From NCBI GenBank assembly GCA_964555985.1, contig CAZKUP010000001.1:12166-44383 (forward strand): DNA of 32,218 nt. The letters run 5' to 3'. Position 1 is the first letter of the stretch; each line of letters starts with the position of its first letter. Positions 17,273 to 25,232 of this stretch are shown one piece after another. Under the pieces are notes generated by a model. The model was not told the DNA's origin, searched no databases, and saw nothing but the letters and a program-made list of their open reading frames with translations. A program made the translations under genes and the position numbers. Source of the stretch: an uncultured Clostridium sp. Its GTDB lineage: Bacteria > Bacillota_I > Bacilli_A > RF39 > UBA660.

Positions 17273-19810
17273 ATGTTAGAACTTAAAAAAATTACAAAAG
17301 TTTATGATACTTTATCTTTTAAACAAACTGCTTTAAAAGATTTTAGTATAAAATTTAGACAAAATGAATTTGTATCAATTTTAGGACCAAGTGGTAGTGG
17401 TAAGACAACTCTTTTAAATATTATAGGAGGTCTTGATCATTATACTAGTGGGGATTTAATTATAAATGGAGTAAGCACTAAAGAGTATAGTGATAGAGAT
17501 TGGGATACATATAGAAATCATGAAATTGGGTTTGTATTTCAAAGTTATAATTTAATACCACATCAAACTATTTTATCTAATGTTGAGCTTGCGCTTACTT
17601 TATCTGGTGTATCTAAAAATGAAAGAAGAAAACGTGCAAAAGATGCACTTAAAAAGGTAGGTTTAATTGATCACATAGATAAAAAACCAAATCAATTATC
17701 TGGTGGTCAAATGCAAAGGGTTGCAATAGCAAGAGCACTTGTTAATAATCCATATATTCTTTTAGCAGATGAACCTACGGGTGCACTTGATTCAAAGACA
17801 AGTGAACAAATTATGGATTTATTAAAAGAAGTTGCTAAAGATAAATTAGTTATAATGGTAACTCATAATAAAGATTTAGCAGAAGCATATTCTACTAGAA
17901 TAATAGAACTTAAAGATGGAGTAATTATTAGTGACTCTAATCCTTTAAAAAAAGATGAAAAAGAAAAAGAAGGAAATTTAACTAAAAAAACATCTATGAA
18001 TTTAAAAACAGCGCTTTCTCTTAGTTTAAATAATTTAATGACTAAAAAAGGAAGAACTATTTTAACATCTTTTGCAGGTTCAATAGGTATTATAGGTATC
18101 GCACTTATTTTATCATTATCAACAGGTCTTAATAATTATATAAGTAAAGTAGAAGAAGAAACTTTATCTGTTTATCCATTAACTTTAGAAAAAACTACAA
18201 TGGATTCTGATACATTTATGACTACTTTAATGGATGCTAAAAATAATGTTAATAAAGATAAAACTAAAATATATTCTAATAATATTATGTCAGATATGTT
18301 ATCATCTATGGCAAGTGAACAAAATGTTAATGATTTAAAGAGTTTTAAAAAATATATTGAAAATAACTCTGAAATAAATAATTATGCGAGTGATATAAGA
18401 TATACTTATAATTTAAATTTAAATTTATATAAAGAAACAGATAAGGGATATGTGCAAACAAATCCAAGTACTGTATTTGAAAAAATAGGAATTGGTAGTG
18501 AAATAGCTTCATCACCTATTATGAGTATGATGAGTGAAGTTAATTCATGGACTGAATTATCAAGTAAAAAACATATTTTAGATAGAGAATATACTCTTTT
18601 AGCAGGTTCTATGCCAACAAAATATAATGAAGTAATACTTATACTTGATAAGAATAATCAAATAAGTGATTATGCACTTTATTCACTAGGACTATTAGAT
18701 CAAGAAGAATTAAATAATAGTTTAGAAAAAGTAATGAAGGGCGAAGAAATTGAAGAAAAAGAAATACATATATATGATTATGAAGATATGATAGGCCTTA
18801 CTTATAAACTAGTACTTAATACAGATTATTATAAAAAAGAAAAAGGTATATGGATAGATAAGAGTACTGATGAAAAATATATGAATAATATTTTAAAAAA
18901 TGCAGAAGAAATAAAAGTTGTTGGTGTAGTAAGATTAAGTGATGATTCTCAATCTACAACAACTGGAGTAATTGGTTATACAAATGAATTAACAAAGTAT
19001 ACAATAAATAAAATAAATGAAAGTGATATTGCTAAAGAACAAATATCTAATAAAAATAAAAATATATTTACTGGAATGAATTTTTCAAATAATTCATTTA
19101 ATATAAAAGATTTAACTAAAGAACAGCAAGCTTATTTAAGTACTTTGTCACAAGAAGAACTTGCAAAAGTAATAGCAAGTTATACTGAAAATGCTAGTAG
19201 TACTTATGAATCTAATTTAGAAAAATTAGGAATAGTTGACTTAGATGACCCATATACAATAGAATTATATCCAATAGATTTTGAATCAAAAGATGAAATA
19301 GTAAATATAATAAATGAATATAATGAAGATAAAAAAGAAGAAGATAAAATTACATATACAGATTTAGTTGGAGTAATGATGAAATCAGTTACAACAATTA
19401 TTAATGCAATAAGTTATATCTTAATAGCATTTGTAAGTATTTCCTTAGTAGTGTCATCTATAATGATTGCAATAATTACTTATATTTCAGTAATAGAAAG
19501 AACTAAAGAAATAGGTATATTAAGAGCAATTGGAGCATCTAAAAAAGATGTATCAAGAGTATTTAATGCAGAAACATTTATAGAAGGAGCATTCTCTGGT
19601 ATATTAGGTATATTAGTAACACTTCTATTAAATATACCAATTAATATAATAATTAATAATATTACAGGTATAAATAACTTATCAAAACTACCTATAAATG
19701 GTGCAATAACATTAGTTATTATATCAATAATATTAACACTTATTGCAGGACTTATACCATCTAGAATGGCAAGTAAAAAAGATCCTGTAGAAGCACTTAG
19801 AACAGAATAA
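17273..19810 (+). CDS. Fused ABC transporter ATP-binding/permease protein, MacB/FtsX-type, 845 aa
   Basis: Walker A GPSGSGKTT, Q-loop FVFQSYNLIPHQT, signature LSGGQMQR, Walker B LLADEPTGALD, H-loop VTHN. It has a large extracytoplasmic domain and a C-terminal FtsX segment ERTKEIGILRAIGASKKDVSRVF plus TM helices. Confidence 0.9.
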   Translation: MLELKKITKVYDTLSFKQTALKDFSIKFRQNEFVSILGPSGSGKTTLLNIIGGLDHYTSGDLIINGVSTKEYSDRDWDTYRNHEIGFVFQSYNLIPHQTILSNVELALTLSGVSKNERRKRAKDALKKVGLIDHIDKKPNQLSGGQMQRVAIARALVNNPYILLADEPTGALDSKTSEQIMDLLKEVAKDKLVIMVTHNKDLAEAYSTRIIELKDGVIISDSNPLKKDEKEKEGNLTKKTSMNLKTALSLSLNNLMTKKGRTILTSFAGSIGIIGIALILSLSTGLNNYISKVEEETLSVYPLTLEKTTMDSDTFMTTLMDAKNNVNKDKTKIYSNNIMSDMLSSMASEQNVNDLKSFKKYIENNSEINNYASDIRYTYNLNLNLYKETDKGYVQTNPSTVFEKIGIGSEIASSPIMSMMSEVNSWTELSSKKHILDREYTLLAGSMPTKYNEVILILDKNNQISDYALYSLGLLDQEELNNSLEKVMKGEEIEEKEIHIYDYEDMIGLTYKLVLNTDYYKKEKGIWIDKSTDEKYMNNILKNAEEIKVVGVVRLSDDSQSTTTGVIGYTNELTKYTINKINESDIAKEQISNKNKNIFTGMNFSNNSFNIKDLTKEQQAYLSTLSQEELAKVIASYTENASSTYESNLEKLGIVDLDDPYTIELYPIDFESKDEIVNIINEYNEDKKEEDKITYTDLVGVMMKSVTTIINAISYILIAFVSISLVVSSIMIAIITYISVIERTKEIGILRAIGASKKDVSRVFNAETFIEGAFSGILGILVTLLLNIPINIIINNITGINNLSKLPINGAITLVIISIILTLIAGLIPSRMASKKDPVEALRTE

Positions 19811-19836
19811 TTTATTCTGTTTTAAACTTTAGTGTG

Positions 19837-19864
19837 AAAAGATGATAATTTATCATCTTTTTTA
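19837..19864 (+). terminator. Rho-independent terminator
   Basis: AAAGATGATAA (19838-19848) pairs with TTATCATCTTT (19850-19860), running into a T-tract. Confidence 0.7.
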
Positions 19865-19885
19865 TATATCATTATATAAATAAAA

Positions 19886-19923
19886 TTTTCCAAAAGTTGT
19901 CGAATTATGACAGTTTTGGAAAA
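19886..19923. promoter_or_regulatory. 38-nt near-perfect palindrome upstream of the AAA+ ATPase fragment
   Basis: TTTTCCAAAA (19886-19895) and TTTTGGAAAA (19914-19923) flank an inner TGTC...GACA. Confidence 0.45.
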
Positions 19924-19984
19924 AAATTCTAAAACTTGACTTTTTAAAGAATTTGATATGCACTTATAACAGAGGTGATTAAAC

Positions 19985-20296
19985 ATGAAAACTATGATAG
20001 AAAGAATAGAGTATTTAGAACAATTAAAAAGGTTCAAAGATAAAGATTTAATTAAAGTTGTTACTGGAATAAGAAGATGTGGCAAGTCTACATTATTTGA
20101 ATTATTTATAAATTATTTAAAGGAAACAGGTATTAAAGATGATCAAATAATAAACATAAATCTTGAAGATGCTGATTTTAATTTTTCAGATTACAAAGAA
20201 CTATATGATTATGTAAATAAAAAAATTGAATCAAAAGAACAATATTATGTTTTCCTAGATGAAGTTCAAAATGTACCTAGATTTCAAAAAGTGTAA
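19985..20296 (+). pseudogene. 5' fragment (103 codons) of an AAA+ ATPase gene of the DUF4143-associated type
   Basis: IKVVTGIRRCGKSTLFE (Walker A) and YYVFLDEVQNVP (Walker B) match the N-terminal quarter of this roughly 400-aa family as I remember it. The ORF stops right after Walker B, at a tandem 10-mer. Confidence 0.65.
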
Positions 20297-20305
20297 AAAA
20301 GTGTA
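20286..20305 (+). repeat. Perfect tandem duplication AAAAAGTGTA x2 at the truncation point
   Basis: 20286-20295 is identical to 20296-20305. The stop codon TAA (20294-20296) spans the junction. Confidence 0.9.
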
Positions 20306-20330
20306 ATAATTATTTTTTTATATAAAAATA

Positions 20331-20359
20331 TTGAATATAAATAATTTATATGCTATAAC
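20331..20359 (+). promoter_or_regulatory. SigmaA-like promoter of the 20457 module
   Basis: TTGAAT (20331-20336), 17-nt spacer, TATAAC (20354-20359). Confidence 0.4.
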
Positions 20360-20398
20360 TAAGTCAAGAGAAGGAAGTATATATTTATTATTAAAAAA

Positions 20399-20439
20399 GA
20401 TATATAAAATTAGAAATAATTATTATATAAATATTAAAA
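20399..20439 (+). promoter_or_regulatory. Conserved 41-nt leader element, copy 1
   Basis: GATATATAAAATTAGAAATAATTATTATATAAATATTAAAA. It is 40/41 identical to 25170-25210 and ends 18 nt before ATG 20457. Confidence 0.85.
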
Positions 20440-20456
20440 GATGGGAGGTGAAATTA

Positions 20457-20942
20457 ATGAGTAAAAAGAAATATTTAACATATTGCATGTTCATTTTAGT
20501 GCTTATGTGTATTCCAACTTTTGCTAATGCAAAAGAGGTTATGCATTACTACATTTCATTAGAACCAAGAACATACGTTGAAATGAGATATGTGACAGCT
20601 ACTGAAAATTACAAATATGTTTTAAATAATGTAAATTCTACAGTTGGTGAGCCTAAAGTACATAGTTATTATCAGACTTTGTATAATGGGACTATTGTAA
20701 CTGTTGGTAAAAAGTTGAGTGTTAAAGGTGCGGGAAACGCTTATGATTCTTTATGGAAATCTAAAAATTCTACTTCAAATCCAAGTGGATATTCTATAAA
20801 TGCAAAAGATGTATGTGTAATTGGAAGTAATACAAATGCTGATTGGTGTGCTATTGAAAATAGTAGTTATAGGTTGAAAGTTGCAAACGAAAATTTACTA
20901 TATTCAATATCAATTGATGGAGCATTTACTCTTACAAATTAA
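20457..20942 (+). CDS. Small secreted protein of unknown function, about 136 aa mature
   Basis: GGGAGGTG RBS before ATG 20457; the ORF-track start at 20331 is the promoter -35 TTG. Signal peptide MSKKKYLTYCMFILVLMCIPTFANA|KEV. It has a Cys pair, CVIGSNTNADWC. Confidence 0.7.
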   Translation: MSKKKYLTYCMFILVLMCIPTFANAKEVMHYYISLEPRTYVEMRYVTATENYKYVLNNVNSTVGEPKVHSYYQTLYNGTIVTVGKKLSVKGAGNAYDSLWKSKNSTSNPSGYSINAKDVCVIGSNTNADWCAIENSSYRLKVANENLLYSISIDGAFTLTN

Positions 20943-20954
20943 AAATATTATAAT

Positions 20955-20972
20955 GAGGGAATCAATTCCCTC
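20955..20972 (+). other. Intercistronic hairpin without a T-tract
   Basis: GAGGGAAT-CA-ATTCCCTC, a perfect 8-nt inverted repeat between the secreted-protein gene and the next gene. Confidence 0.6.
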
Positions 20973-20993
20973 GTTATATAAATTGAGGTGTTT

Positions 20994-21899
20994 ATGAAAA
21001 ATAAAATATTTAAATATATAGTTATTATACTCATAATCATAGTTAGTATTTATACAGGCATTAATTTTTATAATAAAGAAAAAGCACAATATGAATTATA
21101 TGAAGAATTTAGTATGGCAAGTGAAATTATGGCATTATCATATAATAAAGATGTAGATATTTTTTATAGTGTATTAAGATTGGCAGAAACAAAAAATACA
21201 GAAACAAAAGATACTATTATCTCTCTTTTATTAGATTTAAAAGAATATGATTTTATTCCCAGTCTTAATTATCTTATCGAATTGAATGATTCTGATTCAT
21301 ATGATGGAATAATAACATTGTTACTTTTTTTGAAAAGATATAATTCTGCTACAATTAATAAAAGAGAAGATATTTTTAATAAAGAAGATACTGACTTAGG
21401 GCACAATTATAAATACACTGATGGTGTATTTAAGTTTAAAGTTACTAAGAAAGTATTAAATAAAGAGTTTTATAATGATAATTATGAGAAGTATTTAAAG
21501 AAAGAAGGTTATAGTAATTTTTTAGATAAGTTAAGTAAACTTTTATCAAAGAAATTAAATAAGTCTTATAATAATATTAAGTTTAGTATTAAGAATAATT
21601 ATGATGAGTTTTATAGTGAAAATAAAGATATAATTAATGATATTGTTTTATCTGATTTTAATGATTTTTCTAATTATTTATATGATACATATATATGTAA
21701 AGAAGAAGGTTTTTTAGCGTATTTAAAGGTTAAAATAGATGATAAATATATTGATGAAATATCTATTAATTATAATTATACTAAAGGGGAAAGAATTTAT
21801 ACTAATGTTATTAGATATTATAAATATTCTTATAATTTAGATGTTAATTATTTATGGGAACAAATGGATGAGTTAAATTATCCTAGAATATATTGTTAG
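20994..21899 (+). CDS. N-terminally membrane-anchored protein of unknown function
   Basis: A GAGG RBS precedes ATG 20994. There is a single TM (IFKYIVIILIIIVSIYTGI), followed by about 270 aa that are K/N/Y/D-rich with no recognisable motif. Confidence 0.6.
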   Translation: MKNKIFKYIVIILIIIVSIYTGINFYNKEKAQYELYEEFSMASEIMALSYNKDVDIFYSVLRLAETKNTETKDTIISLLLDLKEYDFIPSLNYLIELNDSDSYDGIITLLLFLKRYNSATINKREDIFNKEDTDLGHNYKYTDGVFKFKVTKKVLNKEFYNDNYEKYLKKEGYSNFLDKLSKLLSKKLNKSYNNIKFSIKNNYDEFYSENKDIINDIVLSDFNDFSNYLYDTYICKEEGFLAYLKVKIDDKYIDEISINYNYTKGERIYTNVIRYYKYSYNLDVNYLWEQMDELNYPRIYC

Positions 21900-21908
21900 G
21901 TGGTATGT

Positions 21909-22826
21909 ATGAGTAAAATTAAAGATTATTTTAAAAATAAGAATAATTTGATTATTATTATATTTTCTTTTGTTATATTTATTTCTATATTTTTAATATT
22001 AAAGGGAGAATTATATTATAATAATATTAATTATTTTAAAACTTATATTGAGTATTATATTGATAAATATTTAGGGGGTAATATTTCATATTTATTTTCT
22101 GATTATGATAGTAGTTTATTATTTTATGTTGAAAATGATTTACAAAATACATTATCTGCTATTTATATTTATGTATTAACTTTTAGTAATTCTTTGTTTT
22201 GGTTATTAATAATAGCTATACCAATATTAATTTTTAATAAAATACATAATGAATTTTATGATGAATTGTATAATAAATTTAGTATTAATAAAATAGTTAG
22301 AATTGGGAAGAGGAAATATATTTTTAATACAATATTTAAAAGAGGGGTATCTATTGGTTTATTATTACTTATACCTAGATTATTATATTTTCTATTGTTA
22401 TATTTATTTATGCCTAGTGGAGTATCTTATACTCATGTTTTAACTAGTATTGCATCTTTAACTAATGCATTTTTGTTCTTAAATTATAGTGTTAATCCTT
22501 ATTTATTGATTGCAATTGATTTATTAATTTCATTCCTTTATGGATTTATTATTACTGAATTGTCCTTGTTTATCATTTCTTTAATTAGAAATAAACCTCT
22601 TTCTTATCTTATATTTATATTTTCTATATGTTTATTATCTATTATTTTCTATGTATTAGGTCATCCAATAATAATATCTTTTATATCTGTGTTTACTTAT
22701 TACTCTATGTCTAATTATGATATATTTAATATAAAATGTATACTTGTAGATATTGGTGTAATAACTATATTTATGTGTATTTTAAATATATTAGTTCTTA
22801 ATATACAAGTGGGTAAGAACATATGA
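21909..22826 (+). CDS. Polytopic membrane protein, putative ABC-2-type permease component
   Basis: About 6 hydrophobic helices. AGGTGG lies 5 nt before ATG 21909; the ORF-track start is 21900. An ATGA overlap links it to the next gene. Confidence 0.55.
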   Translation: MSKIKDYFKNKNNLIIIIFSFVIFISIFLILKGELYYNNINYFKTYIEYYIDKYLGGNISYLFSDYDSSLLFYVENDLQNTLSAIYIYVLTFSNSLFWLLIIAIPILIFNKIHNEFYDELYNKFSINKIVRIGKRKYIFNTIFKRGVSIGLLLLIPRLLYFLLLYLFMPSGVSYTHVLTSIASLTNAFLFLNYSVNPYLLIAIDLLISFLYGFIITELSLFIISLIRNKPLSYLIFIFSICLLSIIFYVLGHPIIISFISVFTYYSMSNYDIFNIKCILVDIGVITIFMCILNILVLNIQVGKNI

Positions 22827-23518
22827 TTTATTTATTTAAAAAATTTCTAAAAAATAAAATATTTATAATATATATTTCATTATTTTTAGTACTTATTTAT
22901 TTAGTTAATAAATCATATTTACCTATTAAAATAGAATATATGATGGAATCTAATATTACTAATAATAATTATTTACTTTATAGTGTACTTCTTCCAATAG
23001 TATACTATGACAATTCTATATTAGAAAGTATTATATTAGATTTATCTTATTATTGTATAGTATCTTATCTTGTAGTGTCTTATGTTGATTTATTTTTTAA
23101 TGAAATGGTTAACGTAATATTTACTAAAATAAAAAGAGATATATCTATTAAAAATATATTAATATGTAATATTATATTTTCTTTTATAATAGTTCTTGGT
23201 TATATCTTATATTTTTATATTCTTTTTAGTATTAAAAAAATTGATTTTATATTTGATATAAATGTAATTATATTATTAATAATAAAAATACTTATTACTC
23301 TGTTGCTAACTAATTTATATATTAATTTATATATTAATACTAAAAATATACCAATTTCACTTATATTACCATATATGTTATATGTTGTATTTGAATTATT
23401 AATAAGACTTATTTTTAGTAATTTAAATTATATATTTGTTATTATCTTTATACTAATAATATTTAATTATTATATATATTTATCTAATAAAAAAATAATT
23501 TTAAGGAGTGATTTATGA
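22823..23518 (+). CDS. Polytopic membrane protein, putative second permease component
   Basis: 231 aa with about 6 hydrophobic helices. It has ATGA overlaps on both sides (22823, 23515). Confidence 0.55.
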   Translation: MIYLFKKFLKNKIFIIYISLFLVLIYLVNKSYLPIKIEYMMESNITNNNYLLYSVLLPIVYYDNSILESIILDLSYYCIVSYLVVSYVDLFFNEMVNVIFTKIKRDISIKNILICNIIFSFIIVLGYILYFYILFSIKKIDFIFDINVIILLIIKILITLLLTNLYINLYINTKNIPISLILPYMLYVVFELLIRLIFSNLNYIFVIIFILIIFNYYIYLSNKKIILRSDL

Positions 23519-24138
23519 TGAATTTAATAGAAATTAAAAATGTATCTAAAAAATTTAATGAAAATATTGTTGTAAATAATGTTTCATTATCAATAAAAAA
23601 GGGTAGTATAGTAGGTATAATAGGTAGGAATGGGTCAGGAAAAACAGTTCTTTTAAAAATGATATCTTCACTATATTATCCTACTGAAGGAGAGATTATT
23701 TTAAATAATGTTAACATACAAAATGATTTTGGAATACTTATAGATACAGGATTTATGAATAATATTTCTGGATATGAAAATTTAAAAATATTATCTAACT
23801 TAAATAATAAAACAAATGATTCTGATATAATTGAAATAATGAAACTAGTTACTTTAGAGCCATTTTCAAAGAAAAAATATAAAGATTATTCAACAGGTAT
23901 GAAGCAAAAATTAAAGATTGCTCAGGCAATTATGGATAAACCAAAAGTATTAATACTTGATGAACCATTTAATGGGTTAGATAAAGAAAGTGTTAAATAT
24001 TTTAGAGAATTATTTTTAAATATGAATAAAGAAGGTACGACTATAATTATTACTAGTCATTATAAAGAAGATATTGATATTTTATGCAAAGAAGTATATG
24101 AAATGGATAATGGTATTATAAATAAAATAAATATTTAA
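23515..24138 (+). CDS. ABC transporter ATP-binding protein, ABC-2 / immunity-type subfamily
   Basis: Walker A GRNGSGKT, signature variant YSTGMKQKL, Walker B VLILDEPFNGLD, H-loop TSHY. It is 207 aa with no fused permease. Confidence 0.85.
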   Translation: MMNLIEIKNVSKKFNENIVVNNVSLSIKKGSIVGIIGRNGSGKTVLLKMISSLYYPTEGEIILNNVNIQNDFGILIDTGFMNNISGYENLKILSNLNNKTNDSDIIEIMKLVTLEPFSKKKYKDYSTGMKQKLKIAQAIMDKPKVLILDEPFNGLDKESVKYFRELFLNMNKEGTTIIITSHYKEDIDILCKEVYEMDNGIINKINI

Positions 24139-24155
24139 AAATTTACAAAAAAGTA

Positions 24156-24184
24156 TTGACATTTATACTAAAATAAAATATATT
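24156..24184 (+). promoter_or_regulatory. Orphan sigmaA-like promoter
   Basis: TTGACA (24156-24161), 17-nt spacer, TATATT (24179-24184). Confidence 0.4.
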
Positions 24185-24189
24185 CATAT

Positions 24190-24326
24190 TGCTTGCAAAA
24201 ATATAATCATTTGCAAGTATCATTATTTACTTATTTTTTATTTATTTTGTTTTGTTCTATTCTTATCTGTCATGTTACTAAGAATAGATATGTCTAGCCT
24301 CTATTAAAAAAGATAGAGGCTTTTTG
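24190..24326 (+). ncRNA. Candidate small structured RNA or orphan leader: three hairpins, the last a terminator
   Basis: Hairpins: CTTGCAAA/TTTGCAAG (24192-24217); TCTATTCTTA/TAAGAATAGA (24256-24288, a perfect 10 bp); AGCCTCTAT/ATAGAGGCT plus TTTTT (24296-24325). There is no ORF of 60 aa or more on either strand. Confidence 0.3.
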
Positions 24327-24497
24327 TTATATGAAGCAAAGATTGTAATATATGTTTAAATATTAATAAGCTAGTTAATAATAGTTAGATAAAATTATAA
24401 TGTGTATTATTTATAAATATCCCTAGCTCATATGGTATAAGTAATAAACTATTTTGAATGAAAATTTTTACTAACAATACCGAACACGAGTTTGTAG

Positions 24498-25082
24498 ATA
24501 AGCAGATTATATGGAAATAAAACTATAAAAGTTAAAATAAATGAAAGTAATATATATAAATTAGATTGTTTATATGATAATCCACATGTAGAAAAAATAA
24601 TAGAAAATCATTTAAATAATAATGAATTTGAATATAAAATTATTATAAATAAATTTAATAATATGGAATCTGTATTAAATATTTTAGAAGATTTGAATTT
24701 AAATATTATTTTAAAAAGTGATATCAATTATAATCAAAATTTTATAAATTTAATCCCAATATTCAAGTTGTTTATTATAATAATTTATATGTTTTTTATA
24801 TTATATTCAATTATTATTGTAAAAAATGTTATTAAAAAAGAAAAAAACAAAATATTTGTATTAAAAACTATAGGCTATAGTAATAGAAATATAAACAAAA
24901 TAATAAACAGTATCTTATTTTTTATTATTAATAATTGCTTTATTGTGAATATAATAATTGTATTATTAAGTATGATATTTCTACACAATACAATTCCATT
25001 TATTACATGGAACTTAAGTAGAAAAGCTATTATATTATTTACTAACTATATTATTTTTATAGTTTCTTTGATATTAGTGTGA
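24498..25082 (+). pseudogene. 3' remnant of a MacB/FtsX-type permease gene, lacking the ATPase domain and TM1
   Basis: The frame is open from 24498, after TAG at 24495-24497. It encodes the end of an extracytoplasmic domain, then TM-KKEKNKIFVLKTIGYSNRNINKII-TM-TM, which is the FtsX C-terminal architecture. The first in-frame ATG is 24663, with no RBS. Confidence 0.6.
24949..25076 (+). repeat. Direct repeat copy A (permease 3' end)
   Basis: 128 nt with no indels and about 13 mismatches against 26723-26850, by hand alignment. Confidence 0.9.
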
Positions 25083-25105
25083 ATTAAAACTTAGAAAATT
25101 GAATA

Positions 25106-25134
25106 TTGACTACCAAAAAAAATTGTAGTATATT
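25106..25134 (+). promoter_or_regulatory. SigmaA-like promoter of the metzincin cassette
   Basis: TTGACT (25106-25111), 17-nt spacer, TATATT (25129-25134). Confidence 0.45.
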
Positions 25135-25169
25135 TTATTTGAAGATATGATATGAAAGTTTGCTAATGG

Positions 25170-25210
25170 GATATATAAAATTAGAAATAATTTTTATATA
25201 AATATTAAAA
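25170..25210 (+). promoter_or_regulatory. Conserved 41-nt leader element, copy 2
   Basis: GATATATAAAATTAGAAATAATTTTTATATAAATATTAAAA. It ends 23 nt before ATG 25233. Confidence 0.85.
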
Positions 25211-25232
25211 AAGGAAGAGGTGATATAAACTT

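Noticed and set aside
19822-20085. Minus-strand ORF of 87 aa overlapping the start of the AAA+ ATPase fragment.
   Set aside because: It spans a terminator, a palindrome and the opposite-strand Walker A region. It has no RBS and is most likely spurious.
20331-20456. N-terminal extension of the 20331-20942 ORF. Similar ORF-track starts occur at 4917, 5580, 10643, 10890, 13622, 14190, 16073, 20988, 21900, 26967 and 32113.
   Set aside because: The extended starts fall inside promoters or inside the Shine-Dalgarno sequence itself. A downstream ATG or GTG with a properly spaced GGAGG-type RBS, and where relevant an N-terminal signal peptide, fits better in each case.
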